Positions 15,831 through 25,133 of a stretch of DNA of 64,000 bases are shown piece by piece. The number at the start of each line of letters is the position of its first letter. Position 1 is the first letter of the stretch. The DNA comes from Christensenellaceae bacterium (GTDB taxonomy: Bacteria; Bacillota; Clostridia; Christensenellales; CAG-138): positions 172,318 to 236,317 of the forward strand of contig OY776633.1 in the NCBI GenBank assembly GCA_963675855.1, written 5' to 3'. The notes under the pieces are model-generated. The model was not told the DNA's origin, did not search any database, and saw nothing but the letters and a program-made list of their open reading frames with translations. The translations under genes and the position numbers were made by a program.

Positions 15831-18308
15831 TTAAGCTTCCGGCGACCAGCCCTGCGGCACGAGCCCGGCGTAAAGCCGCGGTTCGTCCTCGCCCGGAACC
15901 AGTTCCGAGTATCCCCACAGGAGCTGGTCCGGCACCGATCGGTAGTGGTTTTCCGCCCGGATGTTGATGTATTCGCCCATAAACACCATGGTTGCGGACG
16001 CGCCGCCGTCGAGATTATACGCCATCACGCAGCCTTCGTCCAGAAACATCTGCGCAAATTCCGGCAGCAGCACGCCGTGGCTGTAGCGCGGCAGCCGCCC
16101 GTCCACGACGATGGCTACGAAATGACCGGGTTCCACAAGCCCTAGCCCCGCCCGCGGATTGATGCGCGACACGCGGCTCTGTTCGATATCCGCGCTGATG
16201 ACGCCGTCCACGATCAGCGGCGGGCCGAAGGCGAACGTGTCGCGCGTGCCTTCTTCAATTTCGTTGAGCATGGTCTCGTCTTTTGCGGAATAGATGCGCA
16301 TGGAAAAGTCGTCCGTCAGCGCCATGGCCGACTGCTGCGTCATCGCCCTGAAAACGCGGCCGTCCCGTATCATCAGCCCGCGGTTGTAGTCCGAGTGAAG
16401 CAGGTTGTCGCCCGTTATACCGAACACCGCGCTGTAACGCCGCGCCATCGTACAGGCGTCGACCGGGTCGCGCCCGTTCTGCCGCGCCGAGCCGAAGCCG
16501 GAACGGTAGGAGTCAACATCACGCTCGTAGATGTGCGCCACATAGTACGCCAGCATCGGATCTGTACTCGTAATACGCCGAATTTCGATGCCGAGCGTAT
16601 CGTTGCGGTATTCGAAGACGCCGTTTTCATAGTCGAACACGACCACTTCCTCCGGCTCGCCCTCCTGTCTAAAATGCGCGGCGAACGGATCGGCTGTCGG
16701 CGTAGGTACGGGCGTCGGCGTCTCCTCGTGCACGGTGGCTGTCACCGTCGGCTGCGGCACAGGCGTAATCTCCGGTTCGGGCGTCGCAGCGGGCGTATTC
16801 GCGCGGAGGATCAGCGCCGCGCCGAAGAGAACGAGCAGTCCCCCGGCAACCGCGCCGGCGACCCGGAGCGACGTCCGTTTTTTCTCCGGTTCGCGGCCGC
16901 GCCTAAACAGGCAGAGCATGATAACGGCAATGCCGAGCGCGGTGAGCCCCGCGCCGATCGCGTAGCCCGTTTGGGAATACATCCAATCGTTCGCGATATC
17001 CGCGCTTTCGTTTTCATTTTCCCGCGCCTCGGCCGCGTCGGCCGTCGGCTGCGGTTCCGGCGTGGCGGTCGGCTCCGGCGTAACGGCGGCGCTTGGAAGC
17101 GCCTCCGGCCCGGAGAGCGAGGAAAGCAGCGCATAAAGCTCCTTTGCGCTCTCCGCCTCGGTCGCGGCGATATCCTCCGGGAACGTTTGGATAAAATACG
17201 GGGTGTCGGTTACCAGCGCGCGGAACACCTGGTACGTCGTGTAACGGTCGAACGCCTCCTGTGCAAGCTCCAGCGCGCTCATGCCGCCGAACGCGGAGAT
17301 CGGCGCGCCCGTATCGTACAGCGGGCAGCCGCCCGACTCGAGATGCTGATAGACCGCCCGCACCTGCCAAACGCCGTAAAGCCGCTCGCTGACATATTCC
17401 TTCGATTCGTCCGCCGCCTGCGCGGCGGCGAGCGGCACATGCGTCGCGGCGAGCAGGTGCATGCCGTCTCCGCCTTCGCCAAGCGCGGAGTGGGTGATCA
17501 GCGTGTCCGGCCGGTAGCGGCGCAGCAGCTGGATGAGCCAGTTGGACAGGTCGGCCTTATCGATCAATCCATACATTCTTTTCACTTCAAGCACGGTCCG
17601 GTAATATTGGAAATTTCCGAATACCGGCTGTGTGCGCGAGCCGAGCGCGTACAGGTTTTCGATGGCCTGCTGCTGCGCCTGCCTGCTCTCCGAGGAGAGA
17701 AACACGATCGCCGCGTCGCCGCCGCAGAAGAACGGAAGCAGGCTGCCGAAGTCGTACGCCTCGTCGCTTGTATGCGCGGCGATGAGCATCGCCTTGGGCT
17801 GCGTCTGCTGCGCGGCCATGACGCACAGATTCTCCGGCGGGGCCGCGGCGTCGAACACGCGCAGTTCGCATACGGAGAACGCCTTGTCCCCGGCGATGCG
17901 CACGGCGGCGCATCCTTGTGGCAGCGCGAAATACTCGTTGAGCAGATCGGCATTGGCAGCCTTGCTTTCCAGCACCGCGCCTGCTTTGTCCAGCGTTTCG
18001 ATTCGCGCGGACTCCGGATATTCGTACCAGGCGACGTAGAGCCCCTCCGCCCCGTCGGCGAGGGCGATTTCGATCGCCTCTTCTTTTTTAAACGAAATGC
18101 GGGAGTTGTACCGCCCGTCCGTCAGGCGCGCGTCAAACGCCATTGATCGCTCCGGCAGGACGAAGGCGCATGCTCCCGTCAGGTCGGCGGCCTCTTCTCC
18201 GCCTTCGGCGCGCGCCGCGCCAAAGACAGGCAGTAAAAGGCAAATCAACAACAAAAAAGCGGCCGCGCTCCGAAAAAACTTCGAATGGTAGACGCTTTTT
18301 TGATTCAT
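15831..18308 (-). CDS. membrane-tethered two-domain exoprotein B: signal peptide, beta-sandwich + LmbE/PIG-L-like domain (AHTSDE motif retained), linker, 2-TM hairpin, linker, phosphodiester glycosidase (NAGPA/DUF2233) domain
   Basis: Paralog of 7805..10279 with an identical VEPGHFVAIVVDGR segment. LIAAHTSDEAYDFG and HSALGEGGDGMH resemble the LmbE AHPDDE/HPDH motifs. AGGAG RBS before the ATG at 18308 (MNQKSVYH). Confidence 0.75.
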   Translation of the reverse strand: MNQKSVYHSKFFRSAAAFLLLICLLLPVFGAARAEGGEEAADLTGACAFVLPERSMAFDARLTDGRYNSRISFKKEEAIEIALADGAEGLYVAWYEYPESARIETLDKAGAVLESKAANADLLNEYFALPQGCAAVRIAGDKAFSVCELRVFDAAAPPENLCVMAAQQTQPKAMLIAAHTSDEAYDFGSLLPFFCGGDAAIVFLSSESRQAQQQAIENLYALGSRTQPVFGNFQYYRTVLEVKRMYGLIDKADLSNWLIQLLRRYRPDTLITHSALGEGGDGMHLLAATHVPLAAAQAADESKEYVSERLYGVWQVRAVYQHLESGGCPLYDTGAPISAFGGMSALELAQEAFDRYTTYQVFRALVTDTPYFIQTFPEDIAATEAESAKELYALLSSLSGPEALPSAAVTPEPTATPEPQPTADAAEARENENESADIANDWMYSQTGYAIGAGLTALGIAVIMLCLFRRGREPEKKRTSLRVAGAVAGGLLVLFGAALILRANTPAATPEPEITPVPQPTVTATVHEETPTPVPTPTADPFAAHFRQEGEPEEVVVFDYENGVFEYRNDTLGIEIRRITSTDPMLAYYVAHIYERDVDSYRSGFGSARQNGRDPVDACTMARRYSAVFGITGDNLLHSDYNRGLMIRDGRVFRAMTQQSAMALTDDFSMRIYSAKDETMLNEIEEGTRDTFAFGPPLIVDGVISADIEQSRVSRINPRAGLGLVEPGHFVAIVVDGRLPRYSHGVLLPEFAQMFLDEGCVMAYNLDGGASATMVFMGEYINIRAENHYRSVPDQLLWGYSELVPGEDEPRLYAGLVPQGWSPEA

Positions 18309-18404
18309 GCTGTTTTGCTCCTGTCGCGCCGCGCGCAATCCGCGGCTGATTAGTTTATTGATTAAATATCTCCTCCGCGCCCGAATGCGCGAACTGTAGA
18401 ATGT

Positions 18405-19745
18405 TTAAGTTTCCGGAACCGCCACCGTCTCGGGGTGGAACGTGTAGACGTTTTCCGCCGCGTCCGTGCCGATGCGCTTGAGCATCTTATCGTACGCCGC
18501 CTGGAAGCGGTCCAGCGCGTAGCGCGTGCGCGGATCCACGATGGAGAAATCCGCAAGCGCCTGCTGCAGCGGTACGACGGAATACGACATGATCTTCTCT
18601 TCGTTGTAGAAGTTATAGGTGTAGGTCAGCAGGTAGCTCGCGTCGATGGACGCGAGTCTGTCCCGGTCCCAGTCGTAGGTAAAGCTGAGGTTGAGGATGA
18701 TGTTGTTCAGGCTCTCCGTATGGATTGCGCTCGACATAAAGTTGCCCAGGCCGTAGGCGATGAACACCGTCTTTTCCGCACCGTCCACGGTTACGGTACG
18801 CTTCTCCATGCTTTGGAGGGAATGCGTATGGCTCATGACGACCGCGTCCACGCCGAGCGCCGCCGCGTCGTTCGCCGCCGTGAGCTGGCGCCTGCTCGGT
18901 TCGTCGTCCTTCTCCGTACCGTCGTGCAGGTACATGACGATCACCTTCGCGCCGGACGCGCGGGCGGCGGTTACGTCCTTTTCGAGACGTTCGGCGGAGT
19001 AGTAGTTCATCGTCCACTTCGCGTCCTCGCCGTCGAGCGCTAGCTTATATTTGTTCGTAAAACCCGTATACGCCAGGATGGCGACCGGAACGCCGTTGAC
19101 GTCGCGAATGTAAACTTCGTCCACGGCTTCCTTCGCGGCGTTGGTGCCGAGCGCGGTGAATCCCATGTTTTGCAGCTTTTCCGCCGTTTCAAACGCGCCC
19201 TCTACGAGGAAGTCCATCGCGTGGTTGTTGGCGGTAAACAGCACGTCGAACCCGTCGTTTTTGAGTTCCTCGGCGTAGGATACCGGCGCGTTGAAGCCTT
19301 CGATGGAGCCGTTGAGCGGCGCGCCGTCGTACATGCAGGCTTCGAAGTTGCCTAACAGCACGTCCGCACCCGCAAGTTCGTCCCTGATCTGGGCGAAGTG
19401 CTTGGAAAAATCATACGTGCCGTCTTGTTGCAGTGCGTCCTCCATCTGCCCGTCGCAGCACATCAGGTCTCCGACAAAGCGCATTGAAAACTCCTGCGTC
19501 CCGGTCTTCTTTTCCGGTTCGGGCTGCGGCGTATCCGTCGGCAGGGGCGTTTCCGCCGGCGCGGACGTGTCCGCCTGCTGACCGGCCGTTTCTTCCGCAT
19601 CGGCCACGGCCTGCGCCTGTTCCGGCGCGGCGGCAGGCCTGCCGCCCGTGACGAGAAGGTTGATCGCAATCACGATTGCAAGCACGAGCAGCACCGCGTT
19701 GACGATCACCACTTTTTTCAGTTGATTCGGTCCTAGTTTCTTCAT
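18405..19745 (-). CDS. CapA-family (PGA_cap) membrane-anchored protein, copy 2
   Basis: N-terminal TM anchor, P/T/E-rich linker, then GDLM...GNFE...TANNHAMDF...MYLHDGTE...MSHTHSLQ...YGLGNFMS. Heads a minus-strand gene string running 19745 to 13347. Confidence 0.8.
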   Translation of the reverse strand: MKKLGPNQLKKVVIVNAVLLVLAIVIAINLLVTGGRPAAAPEQAQAVADAEETAGQQADTSAPAETPLPTDTPQPEPEKKTGTQEFSMRFVGDLMCCDGQMEDALQQDGTYDFSKHFAQIRDELAGADVLLGNFEACMYDGAPLNGSIEGFNAPVSYAEELKNDGFDVLFTANNHAMDFLVEGAFETAEKLQNMGFTALGTNAAKEAVDEVYIRDVNGVPVAILAYTGFTNKYKLALDGEDAKWTMNYYSAERLEKDVTAARASGAKVIVMYLHDGTEKDDEPSRRQLTAANDAAALGVDAVVMSHTHSLQSMEKRTVTVDGAEKTVFIAYGLGNFMSSAIHTESLNNIILNLSFTYDWDRDRLASIDASYLLTYTYNFYNEEKIMSYSVVPLQQALADFSIVDPRTRYALDRFQAAYDKMLKRIGTDAAENVYTFHPETVAVPET

Positions 19746-19965
19746 AAATTTCCTCAGTGTTTATGATAGAGACAAGCGCCGTAATTGTCAAACCCGCGCG
19801 CCAAAATGCCGCATGTTGTTCACATCCGGTTCTATAAGCATATATGGTTGACCGCCCGAAAGAGAGCGCCGCCCGAATTGCAGATGTTTTCGGGCGGCTT
19901 TGCCCAATTTCCGCTTTTATCGTATAATACCAGGTATCAATCGATCGAGCGAGGACTCTAATATC

Positions 19966-21330
19966 ATGATTCGAGCGCTGTCTCTTCTGTTAGCCGCCGT
20001 TATGCTGCTGCCCGCCTCCGCCGACGTCGGCACCGCCCCGCCGGACGCGGACATCATCGCGCCTTATTATATCGTCGCGGACGCAAACGACCCGTCCGTC
20101 GTGTTTTATGAACGCGACCCGGACGAGCGCTGCATCCCCGCCAGCACGATGAAGATCATGACCTGCATCCTGACGCTGGAACTGGTGGAAGACCTTGAGG
20201 AGACCGTCGTCGTCACGAAGCAGGCCGCGGGCATGTCCGAACGAAATTCGCTCATGCACGTCGTGGCGGGCGAAACGCTGACCGTGCGCCAGCTGCTCTA
20301 CGGGCTTATGCTCAATTCGGGCAACGACGCGGCGTTGCTGCTGGCGAACTATGTCGCAGGCAGCGTAAGCGATTTTTGCGACCTGGCCAACGCAAAGGCG
20401 GCAGAGCTCGGCATGGCGGACACGCATTTTCTCAACGCAAGCGGCGCGTACCGCGGCGGGCAGTATTCGACCGCGCGTGATATGGCGGTTCTGACCGCCT
20501 ACGCGCTGAAAAACGACATGTTCCGCACCCTGATCGGCACGGCGCGCTATACGATCGAGGCCAACGACGTACGCAAAGAACCCATGGAGATGGTCAACTC
20601 CAACCGCCTGATCTCGGACGACCCGGACAGCGACTGCTACAGCGATCTCTGCATCGGCGGGAAGACCGGCAGCACGACGGTCGGCGGCCAATGCCTGATC
20701 GCAGTCGGTCAGCTCGACGGCGCGGAGGTAATCGTCGTGCTCATCGGCGCGGACGACTACACACACCGCGACGCGAACAAGCGTATGCCGCGCGTGTTCC
20801 AAAACGCGAAACTCTTCATCGAATACACGCTGCAAAACGACTATGCGTTTGTCTCTGCCGAAACGCTAGGTTACGCGTACTCCACCGACGTAACGGTGGA
20901 AGGCCTCGTCGAACCGGTCGGCATCGCCGCTAAGTTTGAAGAGGACGCGGGCGTCCGCCTGCCGAAGACGATTGTCGATCCGGCGTTTTCGGACGTCTCG
21001 CTGCTCGAGACCGAAACGCAGGTGACCGCCGCCCTCTCGTCCGCCGAGGCGGGGGACGTCGTAGGCACCATCTCCTGCTCCTACGCCGGATACGCGCTGT
21101 TTGCAGGCGAACTTGTTGCCGAAACGAGCGCGGTTCCCGTGCCGACGCCCAGCCCCGTCCCGCCGGAACCCACGCCGGAACCCGAGGAAAAGCCGGCATT
21201 GTCCGATCTGTTTTCAAACACCGGCACGGGTTTTCTGATCTTTGCCGGGGTCAGTCTTGTGCTTCTGATCAGCCTGATCAGCCTGACCGCGGCTTACGCG
21301 CGCCGCACGGTGCGCCGGAGGAGACGGTAA
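19966..21330 (+). CDS. serine-type D-Ala-D-Ala carboxypeptidase (PBP5/S11-like) with C-terminal PT linker and TM anchor
   Basis: SxxK (ASTMKIMT), SGN (NSGNDAA) and KTG (GGKTGST) motifs. GAGGA RBS before the ATG at 19966. The C-terminus PVPTPSPVPPEPTPEPEE is followed by a TM segment and an RRRRR tail. Confidence 0.85.
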   Translation: MIRALSLLLAAVMLLPASADVGTAPPDADIIAPYYIVADANDPSVVFYERDPDERCIPASTMKIMTCILTLELVEDLEETVVVTKQAAGMSERNSLMHVVAGETLTVRQLLYGLMLNSGNDAALLLANYVAGSVSDFCDLANAKAAELGMADTHFLNASGAYRGGQYSTARDMAVLTAYALKNDMFRTLIGTARYTIEANDVRKEPMEMVNSNRLISDDPDSDCYSDLCIGGKTGSTTVGGQCLIAVGQLDGAEVIVVLIGADDYTHRDANKRMPRVFQNAKLFIEYTLQNDYAFVSAETLGYAYSTDVTVEGLVEPVGIAAKFEEDAGVRLPKTIVDPAFSDVSLLETETQVTAALSSAEAGDVVGTISCSYAGYALFAGELVAETSAVPVPTPSPVPPEPTPEPEEKPALSDLFSNTGTGFLIFAGVSLVLLISLISLTAAYARRTVRRRRR

Positions 21331-21374
21331 CGCCCCATTTGCTTTTATAACATGACCTGCGGGCGTGCAAATAA

Positions 21375-21402
21375 AAACGCCATCCGACGGATGGCGTTTT
21401 TC
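21375..21402. terminator. bidirectional intrinsic terminator
   Basis: CGCCATCC-GAC-GGATGGCG hairpin flanked by A5 and T5. Confidence 0.8.
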
Positions 21403-21415
21403 GTTGAAAGCGTTA

Positions 21416-21847
21416 TCACAGATCGGCAAAGCCGGATTGCGCATAGTCGCGGTCTTCCTTATCGGCAATCGCTTCGCATGCAGCCAGACCCAGCCGTTTA
21501 TTTTCCTCCAACAGCGCTTGATCTCCAAGCGCTTTATACGCGCGCGCGACCGCCTCGTAACCAAAAGCAAGGTCGAAATCGCCGATCCCGTTTTCCAGGC
21601 AGATTGTGAGCGAATATGCGCCGTGCAGCAGCGCGAGCCGCCCTTCGCCCAGCAGGCTGTACACGTGCGAAACCTGCCATTCGCCGCGCGCATTGTTAAT
21701 GGGACTGTCCGCCGCACGCCAGAGATAGCAGGATGTGTGCGCCTTATGCAGCATGTCGGCGTTTTCCGCATCCGTGCGATCCGGCTTGTCGATGAGGTCC
21801 CATGTTTCGTTGAAAAGCTTTTTTGCAAGATCGAGAGTTGTGCTCAT
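21416..21847 (-). CDS. hypothetical all-helical protein (~143 aa)
   Basis: GAAGGAGAA RBS before MSTTLDLAKKLFNETW. I recognise no family, and the upstream extension of the ORF lacks an RBS. Confidence 0.6.
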   Translation of the reverse strand: MSTTLDLAKKLFNETWDLIDKPDRTDAENADMLHKAHTSCYLWRAADSPINNARGEWQVSHVYSLLGEGRLALLHGAYSLTICLENGIGDFDLAFGYEAVARAYKALGDQALLEENKRLGLAACEAIADKEDRDYAQSGFADL

Positions 21848-21952
21848 GTTTTCTCCTTCATCAACCGTATAGCGTAATCCGGCTTTTGTGCCGGTCGAGA
21901 GAATCAACCCGCGTATCAAAAAAGGCGGCGCGTCAGGCACCGCCTTTTTTGC

Positions 21953-22507
21953 TTATCGAACCGTTGTCGTTTGAGTTGGCGTGTCCCTGTCTGCCTGCAA
22001 AACGCCCCAGAGCGTAAACGCTCCGTCGACGAGCAGGCTGATTCCCGCAATAACGGTCGCAACCTTGACCGCCGTAAACGGGTTGAACAATAGAAGGATG
22101 CCGAACGCCAGTGTAACGAGCGAAGTGATGAGCAGGACAAGCCAGTTTTTCAGCCCCGCATGTCTAAAGTTGAGCGCGATCTGCAGCCGCAGCACGCTGT
22201 CCACGATGACCGCGACGCCGATGATGGCGGCGAGCAGCGCGACGACCGTATTCGCCTTCACAACGAGAAACAGGCCCAGCAGCACGCAGGCGATGCCGAG
22301 CGCGACACCGATTTGGACGGTTCCGCTCAAATGCTCTTTCCGCATGAAGAAATCCACGATGCGGTAGCCACCGTAGAGAAGCGCCGCCGCGCCGATGGCG
22401 TAGATGACGATCTGCCGCGCAACGTCCGGCCATATGATCAGAAGAAGGCCGATCACGATGTACACGGCGGACGTGACGAGCAACGTTTTTTGTAACGGCT
22501 TTTTCAT
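21953..22507 (-). CDS. HdeD/DUF308-family membrane protein
   Basis: GGAGGGG RBS before MKKPLQKTLL. Six TM segments with the repeated GxxxxxxG pattern typical of DUF308. Confidence 0.7.
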   Translation of the reverse strand: MKKPLQKTLLVTSAVYIVIGLLLIIWPDVARQIVIYAIGAAALLYGGYRIVDFFMRKEHLSGTVQIGVALGIACVLLGLFLVVKANTVVALLAAIIGVAVIVDSVLRLQIALNFRHAGLKNWLVLLITSLVTLAFGILLLFNPFTAVKVATVIAGISLLVDGAFTLWGVLQADRDTPTQTTTVR

Positions 22508-22589
22508 GTTTTTCCCCTCCATATTAACATCATCATATCAGCGTTCATTTTCGTTTGCAAGAGCCGCTAAACGCGAAAAAAACGCGTTT

Positions 22590-23555
22590 TTACTTCCCGG
22601 GTTCACGACGCTCGATCACGCTGTTTTCCAGCAGGAAATCCGTTACGGTTTTCCGGTAAACGCCGTTGTCCGACCGGTAGCATCCCGCGTGGTCCGCGCC
22701 GGCAACGGTCAGCATCTTTTTTATACCGGCTTTCGCTTCGTAGTTTTCTTTCAGCATCGAAAACGGCACGAGATCGTCAGCGTCCCCGTGGACGAAAAGC
22801 ATCGGTACGTGCGCGCACGCCCTGAGCGCGTCCTTTGGAACCACGCTGCCGAAGGACACGCCGCCGCGCAGGCGTGACAGCAGGCTCGCAACCGGCAGCG
22901 CCGGATAAGCGGGTACGTGGTACTGGCGGCGCATCGCATGCCGCATCTCGGCATTCAGATCGCTGTAGCCGCAGTCCTCGACGGCGAACGCAAGCCGTTC
23001 GTCCTGCGCCGCATGGAGCATGACCGTCGCCGCGCCCATTGACTCGCCGTGCGTGCCGATCAGCGCGTCCCCGCCGAAGCGTTCGCGCGCCCATGCGCAG
23101 ACGACGGCGAGATCCTTCGCCTCGTAAAATCCCATCGTGGTCGGCGCGCGGCCGGAAAGGCCGTGGTTGCGGTGGTCGTACAGCACGCAATCAAACCCGA
23201 GGCCGTGGAAGATCGAGGCGTATTTCACGCCGCCGAGCAGACAGTAGGTATAGCCGTGCGCGAACACCGCGACGCGGCGTTTCCCGTCCGCAAACGGTTC
23301 TCCTTCCCCGCGCGGCCAGAGCGCGCAGTGCAGATCGTAGCCAAACGGCGAACAAATCGTAAATTCCTCCAACCGGACGTTTTCGTCGTACCAGGCGCGT
23401 GTGAAATTGCCGCGCTCCACTTCTTTATCGACGACGGTATCGTACGCATGCGCCCTGGGATGCAGGATCATGGTGGACACCCTTAACCCGCCGATCAACG
23501 CATACGCCGCCGCGACTGAAATCAGCGCAATCGCGATAATCCAGACCATCGCCAT
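22590..23555 (-). CDS. alpha/beta hydrolase with N-terminal TM anchor
   Basis: AGGAGG RBS before MAMVWIIAI. Nucleophile elbow GESMGAAT, HGDADDLVPF, and a terminal His region. Confidence 0.8.
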   Translation of the reverse strand: MAMVWIIAIALISVAAAYALIGGLRVSTMILHPRAHAYDTVVDKEVERGNFTRAWYDENVRLEEFTICSPFGYDLHCALWPRGEGEPFADGKRRVAVFAHGYTYCLLGGVKYASIFHGLGFDCVLYDHRNHGLSGRAPTTMGFYEAKDLAVVCAWARERFGGDALIGTHGESMGAATVMLHAAQDERLAFAVEDCGYSDLNAEMRHAMRRQYHVPAYPALPVASLLSRLRGGVSFGSVVPKDALRACAHVPMLFVHGDADDLVPFSMLKENYEAKAGIKKMLTVAGADHAGCYRSDNGVYRKTVTDFLLENSVIERREPGK

Positions 23556-23747
23556 ATATACGCCTCCTATATCATTGCGCACGGAAAAATACTGCCGCGC
23601 GGCTTACCTGTATTATACATGATTTGTGCGTAAAAAGCACTTTTCACGCGGAACGAACGCCTTCAAACGCAAACATTTTTGTGTACTTGGGCAGGTTTAG
23701 TGCGGCAGAATAATTTTAATTTTTTATGGATCATAGATAAGCAGCTA

Positions 23748-24680
23748 TTATAAGCGCTGACGCAAAAATCCCGATTTTATTTTTTCGTATTGCTTATGAA
23801 AGAAAACACACTCTTTGATACATACGGTGCACCCATAGTTCTTTGAAAAGGGAACGGCGCATTTTCTATAGTCTATACATTGTTTTGACCCGTCTTTCAT
23901 TACTTCACTCTGCTGATAAATAGCGCCAACCGGGCATTCCCTTACGCACCTGTTGCACTGATCACAAAATGCGTCAATCCAAGCGTGTTTGTTATGATCG
24001 CTGAATGGTAAGTTTTCGATATCCGTATATACAGCGGCAAGTCTCAATGACGGGCCAAATTCCCGATCGGTAATCAGCAATCCGTGTTTTCCTACCGCTC
24101 CCATTCCGGCCTTTTGTGCAAGCAGCGGATAATTTACCTCTCCTCCAAGTGCGGGGCCGGCCTGCGCACGATAACCTCTGCTGTTAAGAAATTCTTTTAT
24201 TTCATTCACTGAATGATTGAGCTCATAATATGTTCGAAATATCTCTTTCTCGGCTTGCTTGGATGGTGCCGTTTGAATTATTTCAGTATCCATCTTCATT
24301 AAAATTACGATCGCATTCTTGTAGAGAATCTTTTGGTTACTGAAAATATACGAAGTGTCTACTTCCGTAAATCCGATATCGTCGATGGCCAACTCTTCAA
24401 CAAAAGATTCTAAATCCGATAAATCCTTATCTGAAATGATCCCGTTCGGGTTTTCGGGTTGATGGTACAGGCTATGGTATGTCTTTCTGAGTTCCAATAT
24501 ACATTTGACCATATAGCGGCCGAGTCTTGGTATTGATCTTATTTTTGACTTTATACTTCCGAATTGAAAAACAATTTCAGGCACATTCAATCCAAGGTGA
24601 GCGTTATTGTCCGGCTCAACATATTCGAAATCTGCTTTGATATGTTTGTTGATGCCTGGCAAGATTCTTTTTATATCCAT
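23748..24680 (-). CDS. Fe-S protein of the epoxyqueuosine-reductase / reductive-dehalogenase-like superfamily
   Basis: 310 aa. C-terminal CDQCNRCVRECP (CxxCxxCxxxCP) plus CTVCIKEC. The gene and its flanks are markedly AT-rich (about 40% GC on sampled lines) compared with neighbours. Confidence 0.65.
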   Translation of the reverse strand: MDIKRILPGINKHIKADFEYVEPDNNAHLGLNVPEIVFQFGSIKSKIRSIPRLGRYMVKCILELRKTYHSLYHQPENPNGIISDKDLSDLESFVEELAIDDIGFTEVDTSYIFSNQKILYKNAIVILMKMDTEIIQTAPSKQAEKEIFRTYYELNHSVNEIKEFLNSRGYRAQAGPALGGEVNYPLLAQKAGMGAVGKHGLLITDREFGPSLRLAAVYTDIENLPFSDHNKHAWIDAFCDQCNRCVRECPVGAIYQQSEVMKDGSKQCIDYRKCAVPFSKNYGCTVCIKECVFFHKQYEKIKSGFLRQRL

Positions 24681-24832
24681 TCCGATTTACCAACTTTGTT
24701 TTTGTTAATTATATCACAGGAGAAAAATCAGAATTGAAGACGATTACCGTCTTTGGCTTACGGTGCTAAGGACAAATAAAAAACCCGTCCTGCATATCAG
24801 TACAGAAACGGGTTTTTACGCATCATCCCGGG

Positions 24833-25096
24833 TCAGGATTTCAGCGCGCGTTCGAGGACGTTCTTCACGTCCGTCTTTTCCGCATGGCCTTCATGGATCT
24901 TCTCCTGCCCCATATAGAAGCAGGGTACGTACCAGTAATCGTACTTGGCGGCGAGCGCTTTCTGCGCGGATTCGTCGATACGCTCGATTTCGACGCCTTT
25001 ATAGCGGTCGTCCTCCGAGCATAGCTCCTCAATGCATCGCGCGGCGAGCCTGCAGTGCGGGCAGCTCGGCAGATAGAAATAGGTCAGTTTAGCCAT
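24833..25096 (-). CDS. thioredoxin-fold / glutaredoxin-like small protein
   Basis: 87 aa with a CPHC active-site-like motif near the N-terminus (YLPSCPHCRLA). Confidence 0.65.
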   Translation of the reverse strand: MAKLTYFYLPSCPHCRLAARCIEELCSEDDRYKGVEIERIDESAQKALAAKYDYWYVPCFYMGQEKIHEGHAEKTDVKNVLERALKS

Positions 25097-25133
25097 GGTG
25101 AATCCTCCGTTTCGTTATGATTGATACTCGTTT

